A stretch of 64,000 bases of DNA, from positions 672,001 to 736,000 of the forward strand of contig CAXXJJ010000001.1 of NCBI GenBank assembly GCA_963667015.2. The letters run 5' to 3'. The translations under genes were made by a program, and so were the position numbers. Source of the stretch: Desulfatiglandales bacterium (GTDB taxonomy: Bacteria > Desulfobacterota > DSM-4660 > Desulfatiglandales > HGW-15). Positions 9,140-17,973 of this stretch are shown here, piece after piece. How positions within the stretch are numbered: the first letter of the stretch is position 1; each line of letters begins with the position of its first letter. The notes under the pieces were generated by a model, which was not told the DNA's origin, did not search any database, and saw nothing but the letters and a program-made list of their open reading frames with translations.

Positions 9140-9928
9140 ATGTCTGAATATGAAACCATTATTTATGAAGTAAAAGATCATGTAGCAAAGTTAACGCTTA
9201 ACAGGCCGGATAAACTGAATGCAATGACCGGTACAACCTTTCAGGAAATAACCGATGCCCTGAATGAAGCTGAAAAAGACAATAATGTAAGGGTACTGAT
9301 AATTACTGGAAACGGAAGGGCCTTCTGTGCAGGCGTTGATCTTAAGTTCGCAGCAAAGGAACTGACAAACCTTAAATCCCAGACAGACTTTCTTACAGTT
9401 GGAAAGGAACTGCTGGTTAAGATTGAAAGCCTTTCAAAGCCGGTTATCGCGGCTATTAACGGCCTTGCCCTTGCCGGCGGATTTGAACTGCTGCTTGCGG
9501 CGGATCTGGCTGTTGCAGTTGAAGACGCCATGATCGGTGATCAGCACATGAAGGTCGGAATGTTCGGCGCCGGCGGTACCCCATACAGGCTTCCTTTGCT
9601 TGTTGGTCTCAGGAAGGCAAAGGAACTTTTACTTACAGGTAAATGGGTGTCAGGCAAGGAAGCTGAAAAGATAGGCCTGGTAAACAAGGCTGTTCCGGCA
9701 GCCGAGTTTGAGAAGGCTGTTGATGAAATGGCAGCAGAACTGGCGGATAAGAGCCCGACAGCCATGAGACTGACAAAGTCATATATCAATAAATCAATAA
9801 TGGCTGATGCCGATGTAAGGCTTGAAGCAGCAATGCTTTCAGCAATTGTAAACGATACATCGGAAGATCATGAAGAGGCTCTTAAGGCCTTTGGTGAAAA
9901 GAGAAAACCGGAGTTTACGGGGAAATAA
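9140..9928 (+). CDS. Enoyl-CoA hydratase/isomerase (crotonase) family
   Basis: LTLNRPDKLNAM, RAFCAGVDL, AAINGLALAGGFEL; start at ATG 9140 after GGAGG. Confidence 0.92.
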   Translation: MSEYETIIYEVKDHVAKLTLNRPDKLNAMTGTTFQEITDALNEAEKDNNVRVLIITGNGRAFCAGVDLKFAAKELTNLKSQTDFLTVGKELLVKIESLSKPVIAAINGLALAGGFELLLAADLAVAVEDAMIGDQHMKVGMFGAGGTPYRLPLLVGLRKAKELLLTGKWVSGKEAEKIGLVNKAVPAAEFEKAVDEMAAELADKSPTAMRLTKSYINKSIMADADVRLEAAMLSAIVNDTSEDHEEALKAFGEKRKPEFTGK

Positions 9929-10054
9929 TACTCAAGCATTCAGCGGTCAGCTATCAGCGGTCAGTAAAGGCTTTTTAAAAAGCTAAAACTGATAGCCAGA
10001 ATAGAACTCTCAGATTTTCAATCTGGGTTTAAAAAATAAAAGGAGTATGAATTT

Positions 10055-11251
10055 ATGCAAGCCTTATCAGGCCTAAAAGTCCTTGATTTAAGCAGATTTG
10101 CTCCAGGACCGTTCTGTACGGGTATCCTTGGTGATATGGGTGCAGATATAATAAAGATTGAGGAGGCAGGTAAACCTACCGGAAGACGTGCCGGCGGTCC
10201 GGCTGTCCCGGTCGTCAGGGAGTTTGCTCCGCCAGATTCACCCTTTGATCCTTTAAACAGAAACAAGAGAAGCATTGGTTTGAACCTGAAAAGTGATGAG
10301 GGAAAAGATATCTTTTATAGACTTGCAAAGGATGCTGACATTGTAGTTGAGGGATTCAGGCCCGGCGTTACAGACAGGCTTGGTATCGGGTATGAAAAAC
10401 TGAAGGTGATCAACAGGGGCATCATATACTGCGCAATAACAGGTTATGGGCAGGATGGGCCATACAGATTTTTACCGGGTCATGATGTAAACTATATTTC
10501 ACAGGCTGGTTACTTCAATATATTGAAAAAGCCGATCCCGCCCGGCAATCTTGTCGGTGATATTGCAGGCGGCGGCATGCAGGCCGTTATAGGAATACTC
10601 GCAGCAGTGATCGCAAGGCAGAAGACAGGTGCAGGCCAGCTTGTGGACATATCAATAACCGACGGAGTCGTCTCCCAGCTTGGGCCCTACTTTGCCGCCT
10701 ACTCCATGAACAATAATAACATGCCTGATGAAACGGACATGGTAAGCACGGGTACTGTTCCTTTTTACAATATATATGAGGCAAAGGACGGTAAAAAACT
10801 GAGCCTTGGCTGCTCGGAACCGTGGTTTTTTGTGAATCTCTGCAAGGCCCTTGATTGCGAAGACATGATTCCTTTACAGAATGAAATTGATAAATTTGAT
10901 GAGGTAACAAAAATATTTACGGAAAAATTCCTCACCAAAACAAGGGATGAGTGGTTTGATATCCTGACACAGTCGGATGTTGCTGTAAGCAAGCTCCTCG
11001 AGTTTGATGAGCTGGCTGATGACCCGCAGCTGAAACACCGGAACATGATAGTTGAGCTGGAACATCCCGAATTGGGAAGAGTGAAACAGGCCGGTATCTC
11101 AATCAAGCTTTCAGAGACTCCCGGCAGCATAAAGAAATTTGCCCCTAAAAGGGGAGAGGATGCTGTAGATATCCTGATGGAAATAGGATACAGCAAAGAG
11201 GAAATAGAAAGGTTTGAAGAGAAGGATGTGATATATGCCGGAAGGCTTTAA
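10055..11251 (+). CDS. Class III CoA-transferase (CaiB/BaiF family)
   Basis: LSGLKVLDLSRFAPGPF, NRNKRSI, EGFRPGV, GYGQDGP, GHD, GDIAGG. Confidence 0.93.
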   Translation: MQALSGLKVLDLSRFAPGPFCTGILGDMGADIIKIEEAGKPTGRRAGGPAVPVVREFAPPDSPFDPLNRNKRSIGLNLKSDEGKDIFYRLAKDADIVVEGFRPGVTDRLGIGYEKLKVINRGIIYCAITGYGQDGPYRFLPGHDVNYISQAGYFNILKKPIPPGNLVGDIAGGGMQAVIGILAAVIARQKTGAGQLVDISITDGVVSQLGPYFAAYSMNNNNMPDETDMVSTGTVPFYNIYEAKDGKKLSLGCSEPWFFVNLCKALDCEDMIPLQNEIDKFDEVTKIFTEKFLTKTRDEWFDILTQSDVAVSKLLEFDELADDPQLKHRNMIVELEHPELGRVKQAGISIKLSETPGSIKKFAPKRGEDAVDILMEIGYSKEEIERFEEKDVIYAGRL

Positions 11252-11263
11252 ATATAGAAAAAT

Positions 11264-11324
11264 GTAAAGACGGGTCCTTGTCCAGCATAGCCTTCGGGCG
11301 ACTGCGGATTAAACCTGTCTTTAC
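11264..11324. repeat. REP-like 61-bp palindromic element, copy 2
   Basis: GTAAAGACGGGT...GCGGATTAAACCTGTCTTTAC; same length and right arm as 2611-2671, with a compensatory G>A/C>T change. Confidence 0.65.
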
Positions 11325-11354
11325 GAAAGGAAATTCGAAAAAACGGAGAAAAAT

Positions 11355-11768
11355 ATGACAGATAATAAGATACCAATACAGGAAGGTTTGTTTGTTGAGG
11401 AGGATGGGAAGGCATACCTGCTCGGTAATAAATGCAAAAAATGCGGTCTTACGGCATTCCAGAAAACACCGGTCTGTCCGACATGCCAGGTGCCGGACAC
11501 AATGGAAGATACGAAATTCGAGGGAAAGGGAACGCTTGACAGTTTCAGTATAGTTCAGGCCGCCCTTCCGGGATTTGCAATGCCTTCTATCCAGGCCTAT
11601 GTCAACCTTGAAAACGGCCCGAAGATATGGACCCTCATAACCGGCTGTGAACCGACCGAAGACTCCCTGAAGCTGGGTATGAAAATGGAAATGGTCATAG
11701 ACAAGGTAAGGGTAGATGAAGAAGGCAACGAACTGATCAGTTATCAATTTAAACCTGCTGGTCAATAA
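11355..11768 (+). CDS. DUF35 zinc-ribbon/OB-fold protein (thiolase partner)
   Basis: CKKCG...CPTC zinc ribbon, G.GTLDSFSIV, LKLGMKME; directly before the thiolase. Confidence 0.9.
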   Translation: MTDNKIPIQEGLFVEEDGKAYLLGNKCKKCGLTAFQKTPVCPTCQVPDTMEDTKFEGKGTLDSFSIVQAALPGFAMPSIQAYVNLENGPKIWTLITGCEPTEDSLKLGMKMEMVIDKVRVDEEGNELISYQFKPAGQ

Positions 11769-11783
11769 GGAAGGAGGATAGCC

Positions 11784-12944
11784 GTGAGAGAAGTATCAAT
11801 TATTGGGGTCGGGATGACCCGTTTTGGAAAGTTTGAAGATCGCGACATGAAGGACCTGGGCCGTGAGGCAACATGGAAGGCCTTGGAAGATTCGGGTGTA
11901 GCGATTAAAGATATAGATGTAGCATATGTAGCCAATGCAGTAGGACAGCAGCTTACTGAACTTAAGGGAACCATTGGACAGCATGTTTTAACATCTGCCG
12001 GCATGTTCGGTACCCCTATAATAAATGTTGAAAACGCATGCAGCGGTGGTTCAACTGCCCTAAGAGGCGCCTATATGGAAGTTGCTTCAGGCAATGCAGA
12101 TGTTGCCCTTGCCCTTGGTGTTGAGAAGCTTTTCTGCGGCGACTCTGCAAAATCCGCACAGACAATGGCTGCCGGAACAGTATATGCCAAGTTCGGGTTT
12201 ATGTTTGTAGCTCTTTATGCCATGCAGCTTAAAAAATGGATGGCAGCATCAGGTGCAACAAAAGAGCATTTTGCAAAGGTTGCAGCAAAGAATAAGTATA
12301 ACGGATCTCTTAATCCCTATGCACAGTTCCAGAAGGCAATGACCGTTGAGCAGATCCTGGAGTCACGTGTTGTTGCAGAGCCTTTAACACAGTTCATGTG
12401 TTCAACCATGGCTGACGGTGCTGCCGCAGCAATCGTATGCAGCAAAGAGATGGCTTCCAAGTTTAAACAGAAACAGCCTGTAAATATTGCTGCATGTGAA
12501 CTTGTATCCGGTACATACAATGTTCCGGGGCAGGAACATGAAGAAATTACAACAAGGGCTGCCAAAAAGGCATACGAAAAGGCCGGTATTGGTCCTGAGG
12601 ATGTACAGGTAGTAGAGGTGCACGATGCCATGTCTCCTGCAGAGCTTAGAATGTATGAAGAACTTCTTCTCTGTAAACCGGGTGAAGCAGGAATGATGAT
12701 CGATGAAGGTCATACAACACTTACCGGAAGAATACCTGTAAATCCGAGCGGCGGTCTTGCCGCTAAAGGTCATCCTATTTCAGCAACCGGTCTGGCGCAG
12801 ATATATGAAATAGTAACCCAGCTCAGGGGCGAAGCAGGAGAAAGACAGGTAATAAATAATCCCAGGATTGGTCTTACAGAAAATGCCGGCGGCTGGACAA
12901 TGGATGACAATGCTGCCTGTGCCGTTACGATTCTTAAAAAATAG
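11784..12944 (+). CDS. Thiolase family protein (SCP2/SCP-x type)
   Basis: IIGVGMTRFGK, NVENACSGG, EVHDA, NPSGGL..KGHPISATG. Confidence 0.92.
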   Translation: MREVSIIGVGMTRFGKFEDRDMKDLGREATWKALEDSGVAIKDIDVAYVANAVGQQLTELKGTIGQHVLTSAGMFGTPIINVENACSGGSTALRGAYMEVASGNADVALALGVEKLFCGDSAKSAQTMAAGTVYAKFGFMFVALYAMQLKKWMAASGATKEHFAKVAAKNKYNGSLNPYAQFQKAMTVEQILESRVVAEPLTQFMCSTMADGAAAAIVCSKEMASKFKQKQPVNIAACELVSGTYNVPGQEHEEITTRAAKKAYEKAGIGPEDVQVVEVHDAMSPAELRMYEELLLCKPGEAGMMIDEGHTTLTGRIPVNPSGGLAAKGHPISATGLAQIYEIVTQLRGEAGERQVINNPRIGLTENAGGWTMDDNAACAVTILKK

Positions 12945-12962
12945 AATAGAAGGAGATAAATT

Positions 12963-13814
12963 ATGGAAATAAAAAAAGTCGGCGTTGTGGGTTGCGGTAT
13001 CATGGGCTGTGGAATTGCCCAGGTATGTGCACAGGCAGGTTATGATGTAATAGTAATGGATACCAAAGACGAGTACCTTGATAAAGGTTTTGCCACGATA
13101 GAAAAGGTCCTTACCCGGTCTGTGGAAAAGGAAAGAATTACCGCTGATGAAAAAACTGCTATCCAGTCAAGGATAAATAGGACCCTGACCCTGGATGAAT
13201 TTTCGGATGTTGATTATGTTGTTGAAGCAGTTGTGGAAAATCTTGAAATCAAACAGGATGTATTTAAAGCACTGGATAAGGCCTGTCCGGAACATACAAT
13301 CCTTGCTTCAAATACATCGACAATCAGTGTTATTAATATTGCAGCAGCAACCAACAGGCCCCACAAGGTGATTGGTACCCATTTTTCAAATCCTGTACCT
13401 CTCATGAAGGTTGTTGAGGTTATTAATGCAATTTCAACAGAAGAAGAGACAACCAATGTTACAAGACAATTCCTTGAATCAATAGAAAAGACAATGGTTG
13501 TATCAAAGGATGTTCCCGGATTCCTTTCAAACAGGATACTTACACCATTCCTGTTAAACGCGGTGCGTATGGTTGAGGCCGGCGTCGGTACAAAGGAAGA
13601 TATTGATACCCTTATTACACAGGGACTTAGACACCCAATGGGTCCTTTGACACTTCTGGACCTTATTGGAATCGACACAGTTTATCGCGGTGCAATGACC
13701 ATTTATGAAGAAATCAAAGATCCCCAGTATCTGCCTCCTACACTGATGAAACAGATGGTAATTGCCGGGTGGCATGGTCGCAAGACAGGAAAAGGTTTTT
13801 ACGAATATAAATAA
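12963..13814 (+). CDS. 3-hydroxyacyl-CoA (3-hydroxybutyryl-CoA) dehydrogenase
   Basis: GCGIMGCGIAQ, VVEAVVE, ASNTST, HFSNPVP, HPMGPL, GRKTGKGFY. Confidence 0.93.
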   Translation: MEIKKVGVVGCGIMGCGIAQVCAQAGYDVIVMDTKDEYLDKGFATIEKVLTRSVEKERITADEKTAIQSRINRTLTLDEFSDVDYVVEAVVENLEIKQDVFKALDKACPEHTILASNTSTISVINIAAATNRPHKVIGTHFSNPVPLMKVVEVINAISTEEETTNVTRQFLESIEKTMVVSKDVPGFLSNRILTPFLLNAVRMVEAGVGTKEDIDTLITQGLRHPMGPLTLLDLIGIDTVYRGAMTIYEEIKDPQYLPPTLMKQMVIAGWHGRKTGKGFYEYK

Positions 13815-13827
13815 CCAGGAGAGTGTT

Positions 13828-14493
13828 ATGGAAAATTCCGAATTAGTTGCCAAATTATCGGCAAGAGTAGAAGAGCTTGAAAAAAGGCTTCAAAACCTTG
13901 AGGATGTGGAAGCTATTAAAAAGCTCCAGAGGGCATATGGATATTATCTGGATAAAATGATGTGGGATGAACTGGTTGATTGCTTTTCTGAAGACGGTTC
14001 TCTTGAACTTGCCCAGAGGGGTGTTTACATAGGCAAAAAGAACATAAGGAAACTGATGGATCTTATGCCTGATGGCCAGAACGGTATTCAGTACGGGCTG
14101 CTCATGAACCACATGAACCTGCAGGGTATAGTAAATGTTGACCCTGACGGCAAAACCGCCAAGGCAAGGTGGCGCATGTTCGGACAGGTAGGAAAATGGA
14201 AGGAAAAGGCCTTCTGGGCCGAGGGTACATATGAGAATACATATGTAAAAGAGGACGGGATCTGGAAGGCCAAATCCATGCATGTCTATACAACCTACAT
14301 GACACCCTTTGACAAGGGCTGGGGCGTGGAATACGAAAATTTTATTCCAAAGCCGGATCCAAACTGTCCGCCGGATCTGCCGCCCACAGAAGTATTTGGC
14401 GATTTCCCGAATGTTTATATCCCGCCTTTCCATTATGTACACCCGGTTACAGGTAAACCGGTTGACACAAGGATAAAGGGGCAGGATAAATAG
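13828..14493 (+). CDS. SnoaL-like/NTF2-fold protein (BaiE/LinA-like)
   Basis: LEDVEAIKKLQRAYGYYLD, NH...IVNVDPDGKTAKARW, GTYENTYVKEDGIWK; start at ATG 13828 after AGGAG. Confidence 0.85.
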   Translation: MENSELVAKLSARVEELEKRLQNLEDVEAIKKLQRAYGYYLDKMMWDELVDCFSEDGSLELAQRGVYIGKKNIRKLMDLMPDGQNGIQYGLLMNHMNLQGIVNVDPDGKTAKARWRMFGQVGKWKEKAFWAEGTYENTYVKEDGIWKAKSMHVYTTYMTPFDKGWGVEYENFIPKPDPNCPPDLPPTEVFGDFPNVYIPPFHYVHPVTGKPVDTRIKGQDK

Positions 14494-14583
14494 CGCTGTG
14501 CCGTCAACGGAGTTGTTTGATAAAACATTGATTTTAATATATGTTATATTAATAAATTAACTTGATATTGAGGTTTGTTAAAA

Positions 14584-14727
14584 ATGAAAGAACAGGAAAA
14601 ACAGGTTGTAAATATTTCAGAGGCGGCAAGTAATGACAGCCCAGAAACAAAGGAAGAAGATATCTTCAACACCACAGAGATCAAGCTTGAAGAGATGGCG
14701 ATTGATGGTATCTGCGGAGTTTATTAG
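14584..14727 (+). CDS. mftA: Mycofactocin-type precursor peptide, 47 aa, C-terminus IDGICGVY
   Basis: Not in ORF track. Translation MKEQEKQVVNISEAASNDSPETKEEDIFNTTEIKLEEMAIDGICGVY*. GAGG RBS at 14570; directly upstream of mftB-mftC. Confidence 0.96.
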   Translation: MKEQEKQVVNISEAASNDSPETKEEDIFNTTEIKLEEMAIDGICGVY

Positions 14728-14732
14728 CCTGT

Positions 14733-14996
14733 ATGTCTGAATTAAAGTACAAACTGGCAGTGGGTTCTCAGGTCAGGGAAGAGGATTTTGGTCTTCTTTT
14801 CTATAGAATGAACGGGCCCCGGCTTTATTTTATCTCTTCGGGTGATCTCATCTCTCCTGATTTTTTTGAAGGGACAATGACACTTGAAGAATGGATAGAA
14901 AAGAATAATAAAAGGGGTGTTGGCGAGGCAGGAATTTCCGAACTGGTGAAGATTCTCGCTCAGTTATCGGAAAAAGGAGTTATCGTTGAGTGCTGA
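14733..14996 (+). CDS. mftB: Mycofactocin peptide chaperone (PqqD-like RRE)
   Basis: VREEDFGLLFY...RLYF corresponds to the MftB RxExFGxLxY pattern; lies between mftA and mftC. Confidence 0.88.
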   Translation: MSELKYKLAVGSQVREEDFGLLFYRMNGPRLYFISSGDLISPDFFEGTMTLEEWIEKNNKRGVGEAGISELVKILAQLSEKGVIVEC

Positions 14997-16011
14997 AATG
15001 GCAAAAAACGGCCTGAGGGCGCCGGTTAATGTTACCTGGGAAATTACTCTTAAGTGCAATCTGCGCTGTGTACACTGTCTTTCAAATTCAGGGGATAGCT
15101 CAAAAGACGAGTTGAATACATCAGAGTGTATGAATCTCATCGATGACCTGACAGCCCTTAAGGTTTTTCAGGTCAATATAGGCGGCGGCGAACCCTTTAT
15201 CAGGGACGATTTCCCTGATCTCCTTGACTACAGCCATAAAAAAGGTCTTGTTACCTGTGTGAGTACAAATGGCGTTGCACTTGATAACAGCATTGCCAAA
15301 CGGCTTTCGGCAATGAATATGCTTTATCTGCAGGTAAGCCTGGATGGTGCTGATGAGGAAACAAATGACCGTATCCGCGGCAATGGGACATATAAAAAGG
15401 TCCTCAATGCAATAGAAACCCTTACTTCCAATAACGTAAAATTCAGTATAAATACAGTTCTTACCCGTACTAATTTTGAACAGCTTGAAACACTAAGGAA
15501 TATGGCAGGTGAGTATGGCGCTGAACTCCGCGTTTCAAGATTCAGGCCGGCAGGCAGGGGAAAATCGAGCAAGGCCGATCTTGGACCAACCCCGGAACAG
15601 CTTGAGTATTTTGCCGAATGGCTTGAAAATAACGATCTTGTCAGGACAGGTGATTCATTCTTCTGCCTTACCTCTGATCACAGAAGGCAGAAGGGTCTTG
15701 ATATGTGCGGTGCCGCAAAAATGACCTGCTGTATATCACCCGACGGAAATGTTTATCCCTGCGCCTTTCTTCAGGAGCCTCCTTTTCTGTCCGGGAATGT
15801 CCGTGAAAAAACCTTTAAAGAAATATGGGACACCTCGCCCGTACTTGATCAGTTCAGAAATATCAATGTGAAGTCATGTGTTGACTGCTACCGGTTTGAT
15901 GTCTGCAGGGGGGGCTGTCCGGCCATGGCCTATCACACATATCATGATATCAATATGCCCGATCCGGAATGCCTTGTTAACCTGAAAATAGGCACTAAAA
16001 GTGTCGGGTAA
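14986..16011 (+). CDS. mftC: Mycofactocin radical SAM/SPASM maturase
   Basis: TWEIT..CNLRCVHCLS, NIGGGEP, QVSLDGA, LRVSRFRPAGRG, CGAAKMTCCISPDGNVYPCAF, CRGGCPA, PDPEC. Confidence 0.93.
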   Translation: MSAEMAKNGLRAPVNVTWEITLKCNLRCVHCLSNSGDSSKDELNTSECMNLIDDLTALKVFQVNIGGGEPFIRDDFPDLLDYSHKKGLVTCVSTNGVALDNSIAKRLSAMNMLYLQVSLDGADEETNDRIRGNGTYKKVLNAIETLTSNNVKFSINTVLTRTNFEQLETLRNMAGEYGAELRVSRFRPAGRGKSSKADLGPTPEQLEYFAEWLENNDLVRTGDSFFCLTSDHRRQKGLDMCGAAKMTCCISPDGNVYPCAFLQEPPFLSGNVREKTFKEIWDTSPVLDQFRNINVKSCVDCYRFDVCRGGCPAMAYHTYHDINMPDPECLVNLKIGTKSVG

Positions 16012-16023
16012 GACCGAACAGAC

Positions 16024-17973
16024 ATGTATGATAATCTCTTTAAATCCATTCAATTTGGTAAAATAACCGTTCCAAACCGGGCATGTTTTCTTGCCCACAG
16101 GACCAATTTATCAAAACGCGGTGAACTTAATAACAGGCACATTGCCTATTATGCCAGAAGGGCAATGGGCGGCTGCGGTCTGATTATTCTGGGTGAGTTG
16201 TGTATTCACCCTGATAACCGGCCCTGGGAATCTCTGATCAATTTCTATGATTCAAAATCGGTAAAGGACTTCCGGAGATTTACTGATACAATCCATAAAA
16301 ATGGCACTCGTATCTTTGCACAACTCAATCACCATGGTTTTCAAAGCAGCGGTGCCATAACGAGAAAAGAGGTATGGGGACCCTCGGCAAATTCCGATAT
16401 CAGTTTTGGTGAGGTGTCAAAACCGATGGAGCCCGAAGATTTCCGGGTGGTAATCGATTCTTTTGCCAGATCTACAGAGATAGCTCGAAAGGCAGGTTTC
16501 GATGGGGTAGAGATAGATATGGGCTCAGAATCCCTGCTGCGACAGTTTTTATCGCCCCTCACGAACCAGCGACAGGATGAATATGGCGGCAGTCTAGAAA
16601 ACAGGATGCGGTTTCCTGTTCAGGTACTTGAAGCGGTAAAGGCATCAACAGGTGATGATTTTACCACTGGGATCAGGCTGTGTGTTGATGAAAAATTCTG
16701 GGGGGCCATTGAACCGGAAGAGGCAAAACAGTTTGCAAAGGTCTTTGAAGAAAAGAAGCTTGCGGACTTTATAAGCACAACAGTCGGCACATACTATAAT
16801 CTGCATCTTTACATGGCGTCAATGCATACACCCTATGGCTTTACAATAGATGCATCGGAACACCTTAAGGAGGCAGTTGATATTCCTGTTATCGCAAGTC
16901 ACCAGATAGGTTCGCCACAGATGGCAGAAGAAATCCTCGAAAAGGGGCAGGCTGATGCAGTCGGGTTTATTCGCAACCTGATCTGTGACCCTGACATGAT
17001 TAAAAAGGCCAGGGAAGGCCGCATTAAGGATATCCGCTACTGTGTAAGGGATAATAAAGGCTGTATAGGCAGGGTTAATAATAAAAAGAAGATCGGCTGT
17101 ATACAGAATCCGGAAGTTGGGTTTGAAAAACTGAACGTGGAATCAGAGTATCCCAAAGCTGGAGCGAGTAAAAAGGTTATTGTAATCGGGGCAGGACCTG
17201 CGGGACTTGAGGCTGCAAGAACAGCGGCCGAAAGAGGGCACAATGTAAAGATATTTGAAAAGGGTAAGAAGATCGGAGGTCAGATCAATCTCATTAAAAA
17301 GAGACCCAGGCGACAGGGGATGGGCGCCATTGTAACATACCTTTCGCGTATGATTGAAGGTCTTGGTATCCCGGTGATAACAGAAGCAGAGGCGACCGTG
17401 GAATCGGTGCTGGATGAAAACCCGGATGCTGTTATTGTTGCCACCGGATCTCTGCCAAAAAAAAAGCCTGTCCCCGGTGACTACGAACCACCTAAAGTTC
17501 TTAATGTGTGGGAAGTCCTTCAGGGTTTTTACCCTGTAGGTGATAAAATACTTTTTATCGATGAAAACGGCGGTCACCATGCTGCTGCCACGGTTGAATA
17601 TCTTGCTGACCAGGGCAAAAAGGTCCACATGATCACCAGCGAACTCTTTATAGGCCTGGAACTTTCTCCCCTGGGAGACCTTTCTCTTACAAGGCAGAGG
17701 CTGCTTCAAGGCGGTGTGACCTTTGCCTCTGATTTAAGAGTCGAAAAGATAGAATCAACAAGGGTCAAATGTATAGATATCTATACCAATAAGCCGGTTA
17801 TTCTTGAAGGTTACGATACCATTGTCCTGGATATGGGTAACCAGTCTGATGATAAGTTGTACAAAGACCTTAAGGGTAAAGTGAAAGAACTTTACCGGAT
17901 CGGCGATTGTGTTGCGCCCAGGGGTATTGACATGGCATTCCTTGAGGCAAGAAGGGTCGGTGAACTGATATGA
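16024..17973 (+). CDS. Mycofactocin-system FadH/OYE family oxidoreductase 1
   Basis: AHRTN, SLLRQFLSPLTNQRQDEYGGS, CVRDNKGC..C, GAGPAGLEAA, GDCVAPR. Confidence 0.88.
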   Translation: MYDNLFKSIQFGKITVPNRACFLAHRTNLSKRGELNNRHIAYYARRAMGGCGLIILGELCIHPDNRPWESLINFYDSKSVKDFRRFTDTIHKNGTRIFAQLNHHGFQSSGAITRKEVWGPSANSDISFGEVSKPMEPEDFRVVIDSFARSTEIARKAGFDGVEIDMGSESLLRQFLSPLTNQRQDEYGGSLENRMRFPVQVLEAVKASTGDDFTTGIRLCVDEKFWGAIEPEEAKQFAKVFEEKKLADFISTTVGTYYNLHLYMASMHTPYGFTIDASEHLKEAVDIPVIASHQIGSPQMAEEILEKGQADAVGFIRNLICDPDMIKKAREGRIKDIRYCVRDNKGCIGRVNNKKKIGCIQNPEVGFEKLNVESEYPKAGASKKVIVIGAGPAGLEAARTAAERGHNVKIFEKGKKIGGQINLIKKRPRRQGMGAIVTYLSRMIEGLGIPVITEAEATVESVLDENPDAVIVATGSLPKKKPVPGDYEPPKVLNVWEVLQGFYPVGDKILFIDENGGHHAAATVEYLADQGKKVHMITSELFIGLELSPLGDLSLTRQRLLQGGVTFASDLRVEKIESTRVKCIDIYTNKPVILEGYDTIVLDMGNQSDDKLYKDLKGKVKELYRIGDCVAPRGIDMAFLEARRVGELI

